NCBI GenBank assembly: GCA_973895155.1
Contig: OZ316895.1
Location: 8,234,184 to 8,298,183 of the forward strand
Direction: 5' to 3'
Source: Marsupella aquatica
Lineage: Eukaryota > Plantae > Marchantiophyta
Length of the DNA stretch: 64,000 bases
Shown: positions 1-10,949 of the stretch, in pieces
How positions within the stretch are numbered: position 1 is the stretch's first letter
How the letters are laid out: every line of letters starts with the position of its first letter
Notes under the pieces: model-generated
The model's database searches: none
The model's input: the letters and a program-made list of their open reading frames with translations, nothing else
What the model was told of the DNA's origin: nothing
Made by a program: the position numbers and the translations under genes

Positions 1-191
1 AGTTTGGGACCCCCTGATATGATGCCCATCAAATTTTGAAGTTTGGGACCCCCTAATATGATGCCCATCAAGTTCTGAAGTTTGAGACCCCTAATATGAT
101 GCCCATCAAGTTTTGAAGTTTGAGACCCCCTAATATTATGCCCATCAAATTGCGAAGCATGTGAAGATTAAGACCCCCTAATACTATGCCC
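1..191. repeat. Tandem minisatellite, ~38-39 bp unit (agtttgggacccccctgatatgatgcccatcaaattttga-like), ~4.5 copies, truncated by window edge
   Basis: Units start at about 1, 40, 79 and 117; degenerate fifth copy ends near 191. Confidence 0.85.
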
Positions 192-444
192 TTCCTCAGG
201 TTACTACGTCGCCATCCATTCTCGTTATCAGCAACAACACTGTACTACTGTCCCTCCTAGCTATGGCATCAGCAGCAGCAGCAGCTGCTGATGACACGAG
301 GTGAGACGAAGTTTCCTTCGTAAAGAACTGAAGGTCGGCTTGCTGGCCTTCCATGGACGCAGAGCTTCGCGCTTTGCACGCTGTTGGTCTGTGGCTCGTT
401 GGCTTCCTCGCCCTCCGTCGTCAACTCGTCATCCTTCCTTCGCC

Positions 445-484
445 TGTTGAGTGTTGAGTGTTGTTGAGTGTTGAGTGTTGAGTG
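445..484. repeat. (TGTTGAG)n heptamer microsatellite upstream of PTB
   Basis: Direct reading: tgttgagtgttgagtgttgttgagtgttgagtgttgagtg. Confidence 0.8.
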
Positions 485-1603
485 CTTCGCAACTCCTCCG
501 GTTTTTCTGCGGCTTGAAGGGACCGGGACGTCCCCCGGTTGGCCGTTCCTCTTTTCGTTTCTGTCGGTAAGTCACTACAGTGGTGGTGCTCTCCTCTCTG
601 CTTTTCCTGGACAGACATTTCCTGTGCTCCGCATCGCAGTGGATATGCCTTTCGACTGCTGTTGCGGCTAGCGACTCCCCTCTCTCTTCGTCGCCAGACA
701 TCTGATCGGGTTCCGCTTCGCTGCGGACATTTCTCTTGCTGTCTCGACTACCTACTCGTTTTTTTTTTCGCTTCCTCGCCGGACGTTTGATGTCGTTCGC
801 TTCGCTGCGGAGACTGTAGTCTGGAGCGCGCGTGGCGAGGACGAGCAAAAGGGGTACAGTATTCGCCTCCTTTCCTCACGGATTGATGTTTTGGCGGTTC
901 GCTGGCTTCTGTTGTGCCCTTGCATCGTTGTCGTGGTTGACGGGGCCTACCATTAATCAGTCTCGCCACCCATTTGAGCGAGCTCCGGAGGCCGTTGCGG
1001 CACGGATACGGAGTGCTACACGGCTTCTTGAAGGCGGGGGCGCCGGGGCTGCTGTAGGGTGATTGACAGGTAGTGAAGGCACTCGGCCGAGCATAGATTT
1101 TGTATTGGCGGACGGAGCGAAACAGCCGCCGGGAGTTCCCGATTGATTGCGGCAGTTGTGTTCTTGTAGTGTCTTTTTGTCTCTGCGTTGGTGGTTTGCT
1201 GTAGGTTGCTGCAGTTTGGGAACTTGAAGAACTGGATAGCGAAGAGTGTTGTGGATTGGCAAATAGCGGTTTGTTTGAAATCTAACTATTTGCCCAGAGG
1301 GTGCTAGAGCCGTTCGAGAGGTTTTACAGATTTGAGGTGCCTCCTAGGGCTTTTAGGGTTTTCTGCGAAGTTGTGAAGAGGGGAGCCATTGGAAAAGTAC
1401 TCTGTGATATACTCTGAAGTGGTCGCTTGGTAAAGAGGTTTAGTTTGTTGGGCTTGTTTCTCTGTGTCAGGCTAAGGAATAGCGGTGACGGAATGGATGT
1501 GACCGCGCGGAGGGGACTGCGGATCTTAGAGTCGGGACTGGAGTAGACAGGGACATTAGTGGACAAGGATAGCGTAGGGTTTTATTCCTGGAACAGAGAG
1601 AAG

Positions 1604-4600
1604 ATGACGTCTACCGCTGGACAGCCGCAGTTTCGATACACTCAACCCCCTTCAAAGGTCTTGCACGTCAGAAATCTGCCATGGGAGTGCAGTTCGGAGG
1701 AGTTGATAGAATTATGCAAGCCGTTCGGCAAAGTCGTGAATACTAAGGTCAATGTTGGAGCCAATCACAATCAAGCTTTCGTGGAGTTCGTAAGTCCTTT
1801 CACCCTCTCCTTGCACTATTTTTCGACACACCTCATTGTATCTTTTGTGAAGTCTTGTCGACTTCATACTTACTTACACAATGGCGTGACGTTCCAGTCT
1901 TAAACATGCGTGCTATCCGGAAATCCCCTTCTATTGGAGGCAATGCAATTACGATTATTGTGGCTTGCTCATTCGCTCCCCGACTCTCCTAGTCTTTCAA
2001 GAATTTTCATAATAATTTTTGCGACTATATGATGTTCGAGGCTGCTATCCTTGGTGTATTCCTTGTTGTTGCTGTTTCAGTATTATAGATTTAGAAGCTG
2101 TTGGCTTGTTGGTCATTCGCATTGTCTGTCTCTTCAGTGTTCGGGTTATGAAGTCCTTGCATGCACTCATGGTTACGAATTCATGAGTCAGGAATTTGAA
2201 CTGACATTTAGACTACTGATTTACCATACTGATTTATTTTGTGCTTTTTAAAGCCATTCTCTATGGATTTGAATCTGTTTGCTTTCTTGTAGGCGGACTT
2301 GAATCAAGCTATCGCAATGGTTTCCTATTACGCATCCTCATCTGAGCCAGCTCAAGTCCGAGGGAAGACGGTATATCTTCAGTATTCTAACAGGCAAGAA
2401 ATCGTTAACAGCAAGAACTCTGGGGATGTTGCCAGCAATGTGCTCTTGGTGACCATTGAGGGCGTAGAGGCCGGTGATGTCAGCATTGACGTCTTGCATC
2501 TGGTAAGCTTGGATTTTGTGGTGACTCGGTCAGCCAGAGGAATGAAACCAAATAGTGGCATGCCACACGATACTTCTGGGTTCAGGTTCGCTTTTGGATA
2601 ACCTTGAAGCCGTGCAGAGTTTGAGGTCACATTTAGGCCCTCATAAGTGGTGTCGGGTCTCTAATTTGTTAACGTTGAAGTCACAAGATCAAGGCTTTGA
2701 TGTGGTTCGTTTTGCATAGTTTATTGTACTTCATGGGGCTTCATTTGACGCATGGTTTGTGTTTGACTTAAAGCTATATGGATTAGCAGGTCCATGTGAC
2801 GCCCACATCCTCGATGGCAACCAGCTGCATGGGAGAACGCGCACGTGTGTTTGTTTCCCTCTCCTTTGCCTGACCTTGCCTCTCAACCCTCTCTTCAACC
2901 CTACCCCTGGCGACTTGAGATTGATTTGAATTCATCTCAAACTCTTTCCACTTTAGCCCTCGGAACCCTTTTGGCTTTCATTCTGGAGTAAAAATGAAAG
3001 CTGAGTTATGTGCCTGAAAGCTGAGTCTTTTGGATGAGGATTGCCTTGTCCTATGTACCTTGATACCTCTACCACTTCCTGATATGTCACTCGTGTGTAT
3101 CTTCCTCTTAGTTTTACGGAGTCTGATGGCGCTAGTGGGATGAAAGTTATGCTGACTGGACTCTGTTTACCTGTACCCATTTATGATAAACTTTTTACGA
3201 CTGGACCAGCTGAGTCTTAACAGTTGGCTCCATCCTACGTGACTAGCATCAATAACTAACTTTTGAAGTGCAGGGAATGTTTGGCCAGCCCTAACGATGT
3301 CTGCTGTCAGTCTGCTGAATGCCCCTCAGTAATCTTGTGCTGCTGACTCTTTCTCTGATTTCCAGTTCAACGTCTGCCATTGGCTCCAGTTAGAAGTACT
3401 TAGATATATGGAGGGTCTTCACCACGGTTGCTTATACTTGGATATCAGTTGTCCCAGATTAATATTTCTACTGGTTTCGAAAAGCCGATCATATTTCTAT
3501 GACCTTTTGTGGCTTCCTGTTCGGTGGGGTTGCCGTATTGTTGAAGGAGCGCCGTTGACACTTGTGTGGAACATTTATTGACATGAGAAGTGTCCATCTG
3601 ATAAGCGGAACTCAGTTAAGAGCCTTCTACTAAGGTGAGTAGTGGAGTCAGATGTTTAACCACGGTAAGTGGCTCTGCAGGTATTTTCCGCTTTTGGGTT
3701 TGTGCATAAGATTGCAACTTTTGAGAAAACCGCTGGCTTTCAGGTGTGTACGACTGGCTTTCAGGTGTGTATATGCTAAATAAACATACACCGAGCGTCT
3801 TGCTTTCAACTTAGGAATTGCATGTTAGATGTTATTTCCATTTCTTGAATTCTGCTTTGAATTACTTTCTGAATTCTGCGATCAGAGTATTTGGGCTGTT
3901 ATACTAACCTCCACGGATTGCTGTTTTCCAGGCTCTTGTTCAGTATAGTGATTCCACTACAGCTGCTTCAGCCAAATCTGCACTCGAAGGCCGGAGCATT
4001 CCAAGGTGCTTCATAAAGCATTGTGATTGGGTTTCGTTTCTTTGATTTGTAGAGAACGTTTGTTTATTCTTTGGACTGCCCGATTACTATCATGGATGTT
4101 GCATCTGTGGGGTCTACTTGTAAATCTCAGTTTCTGTTGTCATGAATTGCCTACCATCAAAAGTCTCTTAATTTGGTTTGGTGACCTCACATCTCGTTGC
4201 GATTGGTTCAGATATCTTCTACCAGACCACGTTGGACCATGTCATTTACGCATCTCCTTCTCTGCACACAACGATCTTAATGTAAAATTTCAGAGTCACC
4301 GAAGCAGGTACTGAAGTTTGGGGAGGTCTTCTATCTACTCCAGTTTCCATCACTCGTCTCTTCGACCATGTATCAGTTGTCTCCAGGGCCATGTAATCAT
4401 TTAACTTGTGTACTTCCTTGCCTTTCATGGCTGTTACTAAGTGGGATTCATGACTGTATCTTTGGCAGGGACTATACAAATCCTTACTTACCGGTTGCTC
4501 CTTCAGCCATTGACGGTAATGGGCAGGTGAGTTTGTGTTTGGGTCGACAGTTCTGTAAGTATGTGAGATAAATCTGGAAGTTTTGAAATCCTTTTGTCTA

Positions 4601-6475
4601 TGGCTAGTGACTTTTGCTGATCTTTTCTTACGGTGGGGGTTTGAATGTGCCTAGCAGTTTGGGGTTGGACCTGATGGAAAAAGAAGGGAGCCAGAGAGCA
4701 ATGTGTTACTTGTCTCTATTGAGAATATGCAGTATGCCGTCACAATTGATGTCCTACATACGGTGCGTTGCTGAGTAAAGATCTCTAAAATCTGCAAATT
4801 TAGGCAGCAGTGTCTTAACTGTCTGGATTTTCTGAAATTTCAAGTTTGTGATTTCTACTCGTTGCAGTTGTTAGGGAGATTTGTTGAATAGTTGTTTTTT
4901 TTGGCTGGACGTAGGTATTTTCTGCCTTCGGAACCGTACAAAAAATTGCCATCTTCGAGAAGAACGCAGGATTTCAAGCTTTGGTCCAGTATCCAGGTAC
5001 TGAGTCAAGACACCGACTGCACATGGGAGTCGCCCTTATAATAGAATCTGTCTCCTTTCATGATCAGTTCTGCTATTTGTGCGAGGTGGCTGTATGGACG
5101 CCAATCATACCGTTGCTCTTAAAAAAAACAGGAGCCAATTCTAGATTTGTACGAAGTTATAAATTGAGCACATTTGGAATGGGTTTCCTGGTATCTCTGG
5201 CATCTTCGCCTATCATGTACTCACATTCCTCTGAAAATGTCCAAACTTGTGCCAAGACTTTAGGAGACAACCCCTTCCTATCGAAGTCATTTCTTAAATA
5301 CTTGCCGGGCGTTATATGTTGCACCCTTCCATGGCATATTATAACAACCGATGATGCGTCCTAGTCGTGGGAAAACTTGATTGATATTGTGTATGTCTTG
5401 TTGTCTCCAGATGTGCCTACAGCAGTAGCAGCTAAGGACGCGCTAGAAGGACATTGCATCTACGACGGTGGCTACTGCAAGCTCCATCTGTCATACTCTC
5501 GACACACTGATCTCAATGTAAAGGTAGTGCACACCCTGGGAAGGTAGTTGATGACAGGACTTCTTGCTTACCCATCTGAAGATCCTCAAACCAAGGACCA
5601 CTCTGCTCCAGTGTCCAGAGTTAAAGAACCATGTGGGCAAGTGGGAGAAGTGGGATCCGCACTTGGGTTGCCCTAATGGACCCCCAACATCCCGCAGCGA
5701 AACCAGGTTTTTTCATCGCCGGTAGATCCGACGTGCGTGATTTTTCTGGGGGTTTTGTTATTGTTGTGCTGAATTTCTTGTACCTGAAATGGTGAACTTT
5801 TTTTTGCAGGTGAACAATGACAGAAGCAGAGATTACACCAATCCAGGTCTTCCTGTGAATCAGCAAGCGGTGCTGGGACAACCTCCTGCTAGTGGAGCTG
5901 GTGGTTCCGTTCTGGATGTCTCGCAGTTGTCACCCGCGGGATCAGTGGGATACGGAGGAAATCAGTATCAAAATGCTGGCGTGGCTCATCCACCCCAGAA
6001 TGATTCTGGTGCGGGGCTTTCTCAGAGGCCATGGGAATATGATCAGTCCCAAGCTGGACCCAAGGGCCCTGGTGTGCCCATGGGTTCTGGACCCCCTCTC
6101 CTTGGGCCTGGCAGCGGTGCTGTTCCTAGTAATCCATATAGCGGTCCTGGACAACATTATAGGGGCCCTCCAATGCCTCCTGCCCCAGGTGGGCCAGCAC
6201 CTCCGGGTGCCAGTGGCGGTATGTTAGGAAACCACGAGGGGCAGTTTGCAATGCAAGGACCTCAAACATCATTCTCTTCAGGGCCACCTACGCATATGGG
6301 TCCCGGCATTATGCCATCTCAACAGGGTCCGAATCCGCACTTGGGGCCCCCTCCTCCAGGCCATGGGCACCCTTCACCTTATGGCCATCACCAACAGATG
6401 CATCAGGACCAACAGATGCATCAGGGCCCGCAAGGAATGCCCAACAGTGGTGGTCCTCCTGTCTATTACATGTAG
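1604..6475 (+). CDS. PTB: Polypyrimidine tract-binding protein, plant PTB1/PTB2 type (3 RRMs plus Pro/Gly/Gln-rich C-terminal tail), 10 coding exons
   Basis: Exons 1604-1789, 2293-2502, 3681-3743, 3932-4005, 4212-4307, 4469-4526, 4658-4762, 4915-4996, 5411-5523, 5810-6475; GT-AG introns, frame-consistent. Motifs QPQFRYTQPPSKVLHVRNLPWEC, SNVLLVTIEG, VFSAFGFVHKIATFEK and LEGHCIYDGGYCKLHLSYSRHTDLNVK are typical of Arabidopsis PTB1/2. Confidence 0.95.
2787..2844 (+). promoter_or_regulatory. Candidate PTB autoregulatory poison cassette exon (55 or 58 nt) followed by a CU-rich tract
   Basis: TAGCAG acceptor 2784-2789, GTGTGT donor at 2845, CU-rich tract ~2849-2910. Inclusion frameshifts to TAA at 3707-3709. 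Confidence 0.7.
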
Positions 6476-7752
6476 CATTAGACTCAAGATTTTGTCCTGA
6501 CCTTTGCAACCCCATGATGAGTATAATCCTAAATTAGTGAATGGGCTTCGATTTTTGTTTCAGAAAAGTTTGGTGCTGATGGTGCCTACCCATGTGCCTG
6601 GCTAAGAGAAGGCGGGTTTTTTTCATCATCCATTCGGAGTTTGATGTGTATATTCTCTAGTCCCTTAGACGTACTCTCGTGGTGTTTTTGCGGATGTGGA
6701 TCGTACGTGCATGTCTCTATAATAGAATGAGGGCGTCCTCAGGAGGCCAGAAATAACATCTTCTCACAGCACAATATGAGTTGATTCTCCAGGCATCTTA
6801 GACGTTTAGTTGTTCTTCTACGGAGAGACGAACTTTCACGTTACTAGCTGTTGTAGCATAGAGCAACTGTGTGCCCTTCCATCTTTGTAGCTGCTGAAAT
6901 GGTCACTGCCGGTGAAAGTGTCCTTCTGTTTGTGAGACGATCACTGCAGTCCGTGGAGCAAGATAGCTGTGTTATTTCGTCTGGTCAATACACGACTCCA
7001 TTTGAGGATGTCAAGAGGACATATGAGTCAGATATCATCGCCGTCTTTAGCTTTCTCTCTATTCACTCACGAAAAAAGTGGAAGGGTTAGCCTCGTGACT
7101 CTTCGGGCTTCAGTTGCTGTTGCTTCCCTGCCCTTACGCCATAAGTAGCTTGAATATACTGAGAACGGAAGATACCAAGATGTGTTTGCTACAGGTGCCA
7201 ACGATGTGTAGCAGATATGGCAACAATACATTCTGCCCTCGTTGTGTGGTATTCCAGAGCAGTGTAGGGGGTATGCCCTTACAGAATACGAATTATCTGT
7301 AGAAAGCCCAACTATTGGGAGTGTCACGGTAATTTGAATCTAGTGCCATTTTCAGCACTAGATTACACCATTTGCGTGCGGTATATCACGGTTATTCTGT
7401 CTAGGATATAAATGTACCATGTGTTTCCCTTGACGATCTCTCATGTTCGAACAAAACTCGGCTGAAGGTCCTGACGTTCGAACCACACCAAGTCGCCTAT
7501 GGCTCTAAGATGGGAAAAGAATTTGATTACAGGTCAAGAGCTATATTTGGAATAATTGGAGGCTTCTTTTGAGAAGCTCTTTAACATAGCAGAAAATGAA
7601 AATTGAGTTCGACCTTCCGAGTTACATTTCATGCTTGGAAGTAAATGTTATAAGGACTCCATTGAAGCCACTTCAAGGTCATCCAAACTATTGACGTTGG
7701 CAGAGTGAAGAAGAGCGAACTAGCAAACTATAAGCTTGTATACATCCGAGTG

Positions 7753-8142
7753 CACAAAGTCAGAACCTGGAGACATGATCCCAAAGGCAAAGCAACCCAA
7801 TGAAAGAGAGGAAAAGAGGGGAACACAAAGTCAGAAAATGAGCCGAACTTGGAGACATGATCCCAAAGGCAAAGCAACCCAATGAAAGAGAGGAAAAGAG
7901 GGGAACACAAAGTCAGAAAATGAGCCTAAACTTGGAGACATGATCCCAAAGGCAAAGCAACCCAATGAAAGAGAGGAAAAGAGAACACAAAGTCGGAAAA
8001 TGAGCTGAACCTGGAGACATGATCCCAAAGGCTAAGCAACCTGCAAGAGAGGAAAAGAGGGGAACACAAAGTCGGAAAATGAGTCGAACCTGGAGACATG
8101 ATCCCAAAGGCAAAACAACCCAATGAAAGAGAGGAAAAGAGG
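7753..8142. repeat. Tandem repeat, ~80-82 bp unit, ~5 copies
   Basis: Unit gaacacaaagtcagaaaatgagccgaacttggagacatgatcccaaaggcaaagcaacccaatgaaagagaggaaaagaggg recurs at 7821, 7903, 7983 and 8062, with a partial copy before. It explains the repetitive ORFs here. Confidence 0.9.
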
Positions 8143-8309
8143 AGATGAGTTTGCCATTGGTCCTCACTTGATGTGTGTGGATGGTTTGACATTCTTTCAA
8201 GCTAGGTACTATAATTGGTGCGGTTAGAACAGACACTACTGAAGGACTCAAGTAAAGGTGAGTCCCCCAAATAAACAGTGCATAATAGGGCCCTGTCACG
8301 GCCCTGTCA

Positions 8310-8455
8310 CTGCAGATGATTGCATTTCCAGACTTGCAACATTTGCATCACATGTTCACGCCCAATTGCAGATGAATGCATTTCCAGACTCGCACCACAT
8401 GTTCACGCCCAATTGCAGATGACTGCATTTCCAGACTCGCACCACATGTTCACGT
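8310..8455. repeat. Tandem repeat ~46-47 bp (tgcagatgaatgcatttccagactcgcaccacatgttcacgcccaat), ~3 copies
   Basis: Direct reading. Confidence 0.75.
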
Positions 8456-8844
8456 CAGATGCAGGTGCCACATTCCCTCGTGTCGAATGTAGGTTAGGGC
8501 CTTCCAGGAGCACTTATGGCAAGCATCTTACTATAGTGCGTTGACTGAAGTCTACTTTTAAGAACCTAGGTCTAGAGTGAAGTCTCTAGATCGTAACTCC
8601 ATAGCCATCATGTGCATGGGAAAAACTCATGACTGATGTATGTCAACTGGTACATACAAATTTATTATGATAATTTTTTAAGTATTTGCATTCAAAAAAT
8701 GGGCACTATGGCCCCATCACAATATATGTGCATAAAAAAGAAGAATGTGCATAGAAAGGAGAATGGTATATTATATATGATTATTAATATGATAAATTTT
8801 TTATCATTCCATTAATATTATACGAATAGAAAATATATTATTTT

Positions 8845-9460
8845 GGTAACACTTTTATTATACTCTCTACTATTCACATTCATGTTCAAAGAAAGTGTAA
8901 TTGGAGCTAGTGGTGCAAATTACACTTTTATTGTACTCTCTACTATTCAGGATATTCGGGGCTAGTGGTACAAATTACACTTTTCTTTTATTGTACTCTC
9001 TACTATTCACATTCATGTTCAAAGAACGGGAACGGGTACTCGGTTCACGTTCAGCTAGTGGTTGAAATTACATTTTTCTTTTATTATACTCTCTACTATT
9101 CAGATTCAAAGAACAGGTACTCGGTTACTTTCAAAGAATGGGTAATTGGGACTAGTGGTGCAACTATTCACATTCATGTTCAAAGAACGGGTACTCGGTT
9201 CACGTTCAGCTAGTGGTGCAAATTACATTTTTCTTTTATTATACTCTCTACTATTCAGATTCAAAGAACAGGTACCCGGTTCACTTTCAAAGAATGGGTA
9301 ATTGGGACTAGTGGTGCAATTGGTTCACGTTCAAAGAATGGGTAATCTGGGCTAGTGGTGCAAATTGCGAATGGATGTAAACTGAATGGTAGTCGGGGAT
9401 GTACACTGAATATCCACCATGCAAATTGCGAACGGATGTAAACTGAATATCCACCATGCT
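8845..9460. repeat. Complex tandem repeat built from modules ctagtggtgcaaattac, tactctctactattca and ttcaaagaacgggtactcggttcac
   Basis: Modules recur several times in shuffled order. Confidence 0.8.
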
Positions 9461-10949
9461 CGCATCACATGTTCACGCCGAATGCAGATGCCACATTCCC
9501 TCTGTTCGAAAGTAGGTTAGGGCTTTTCCGGGGCACTTTGGCAGGAGTGGTGCAACTGCAAACTGATTCTACCGATGGCGGTACTGGGCCACAAAATCCA
9601 GGGTGGATACTCTACGAAACGGAATGAGAGAAGAAACCATTCTCAAGTACGCGTTACATAGCCAATGAGTTGGGAATGCTATGGAGAAAAGTACGAGTCT
9701 GTCACGAAATTCAGAGTAGAGGAAAGCTGCAGAAATATGTCTAGGGTGAGTTCTGCCACTGAGTGCGGAATTGCCTGTGTCCTTGTTTAGCTCAGATTGG
9801 GCAGATCGGACCCAGAGGAATGGGAACTTCCACCCGTCGTCGACGTGCCCCAAGAATTCCAGTCTAGTTGTTGGACTAAGTTCCTTTAAAGACTGCAATG
9901 TAGGTGACATCGATTCGAAGACCCTTCTCTATGAATACATAACAGTGCAAAGAGCTTCAGAATATCCGAAACCAGAAACATAGCCAGGAAGACTGCAATG
10001 TAGGTTCACATCTGATTTGCGTACGCTTATCTATGAGTACATGGGAGTACTTAAAGCTTGAGAACGTCCGAAACCAGAAACGCAGTTAGAAAGAGAAGCT
10101 GAACTCAGAAGAATGCCAAACTTGCTGAGCGATACTTGTGCCTTTTGTCCGCGTCTGCAATCTGCCTTCCTTATCAAAGCACCTGTGTCTAAGACAAAAA
10201 CTAAACACCTCGCACCTCGGAAAAATTGCCGTTGCTTCGCATGTAGTTCAACAATCTGGACTATGGATCAGCCACACCAAGTTCTGAGGAATTTGGAACT
10301 TGCCAGACGATTCTCGTAAACGACTCGAGAAGTCGTCACTGGAGCGTTAGAGCTATTTCACCACAATGCATGTTGGCATTACTGTATTATAGGGCACGCA
10401 ACTTTCAAAAGTGACTGCAAGCGAGGAAATCCGCATTATCAAGTGCAATTCTGAGACCATTAAAAAGATTTGGAACTTTTATATATAATCAGGGTGGGCT
10501 GCTGGATGCGTGAGATGTCATTGAACCGCGGCCAACTACCACAGCCTAGATTCTCGTGCGACCCCGTCTAAGCTTTCTATTTGCCAAGCGAGCATCGCAG
10601 AAACACGGAGGAATGAAGTGCCGGCAACTGAGCTTGGCTAAACTAAACAAATCTCTCGGCAAAAACTCCATGTCCCAAATACTAAAACACCTCCAACAAC
10701 CTCGTACTTGTAAAGCCCAGCCGGACAAACGAATTTACATCAAGGTATTAGCGTTGACCGTACAACCCCAGAAATGTGTGCGTGTGTCAGTTTCTGTTAA
10801 GAGACGGTTCAACGAAAAACCGAAAGAATGGTGGACTGAGGCCGATAAATACATAACTTAGCGGTATGCCAAAGATAATGGGTTGGTCGTCTCGTGGCCC
10901 TAGGAAGACGAAGAAATTCCTATCAAACTCAAGATGCTCAATTATCTGC

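Noticed and set aside
286-335. CTGATGA resembling a hammerhead ribozyme core
   Set aside because: No GAAA after stem II and no closing stems. The other CTGATGA hits I checked also fail.
421-1566. Several overlapping short ORFs upstream of PTB
   Set aside because: No recognisable domains. The GC- and CT-rich sequence fits a long 5' UTR with intron(s), with an acceptor at ~1596.
3632-3670. Strong donor-like motifs AAG|GTGAGT and CG|GTAAGT just upstream of PTB exon 3
   Set aside because: Only 46 and 16 nt from the acceptor, too short for normal introns.
7728-8299. Repetitive hydrophobic ORFs and CRISPR-like periodicity
   Set aside because: Tandem units lack unique spacers, there are no cas genes and the context is eukaryotic. 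The ORFs are by-products of the repeat.
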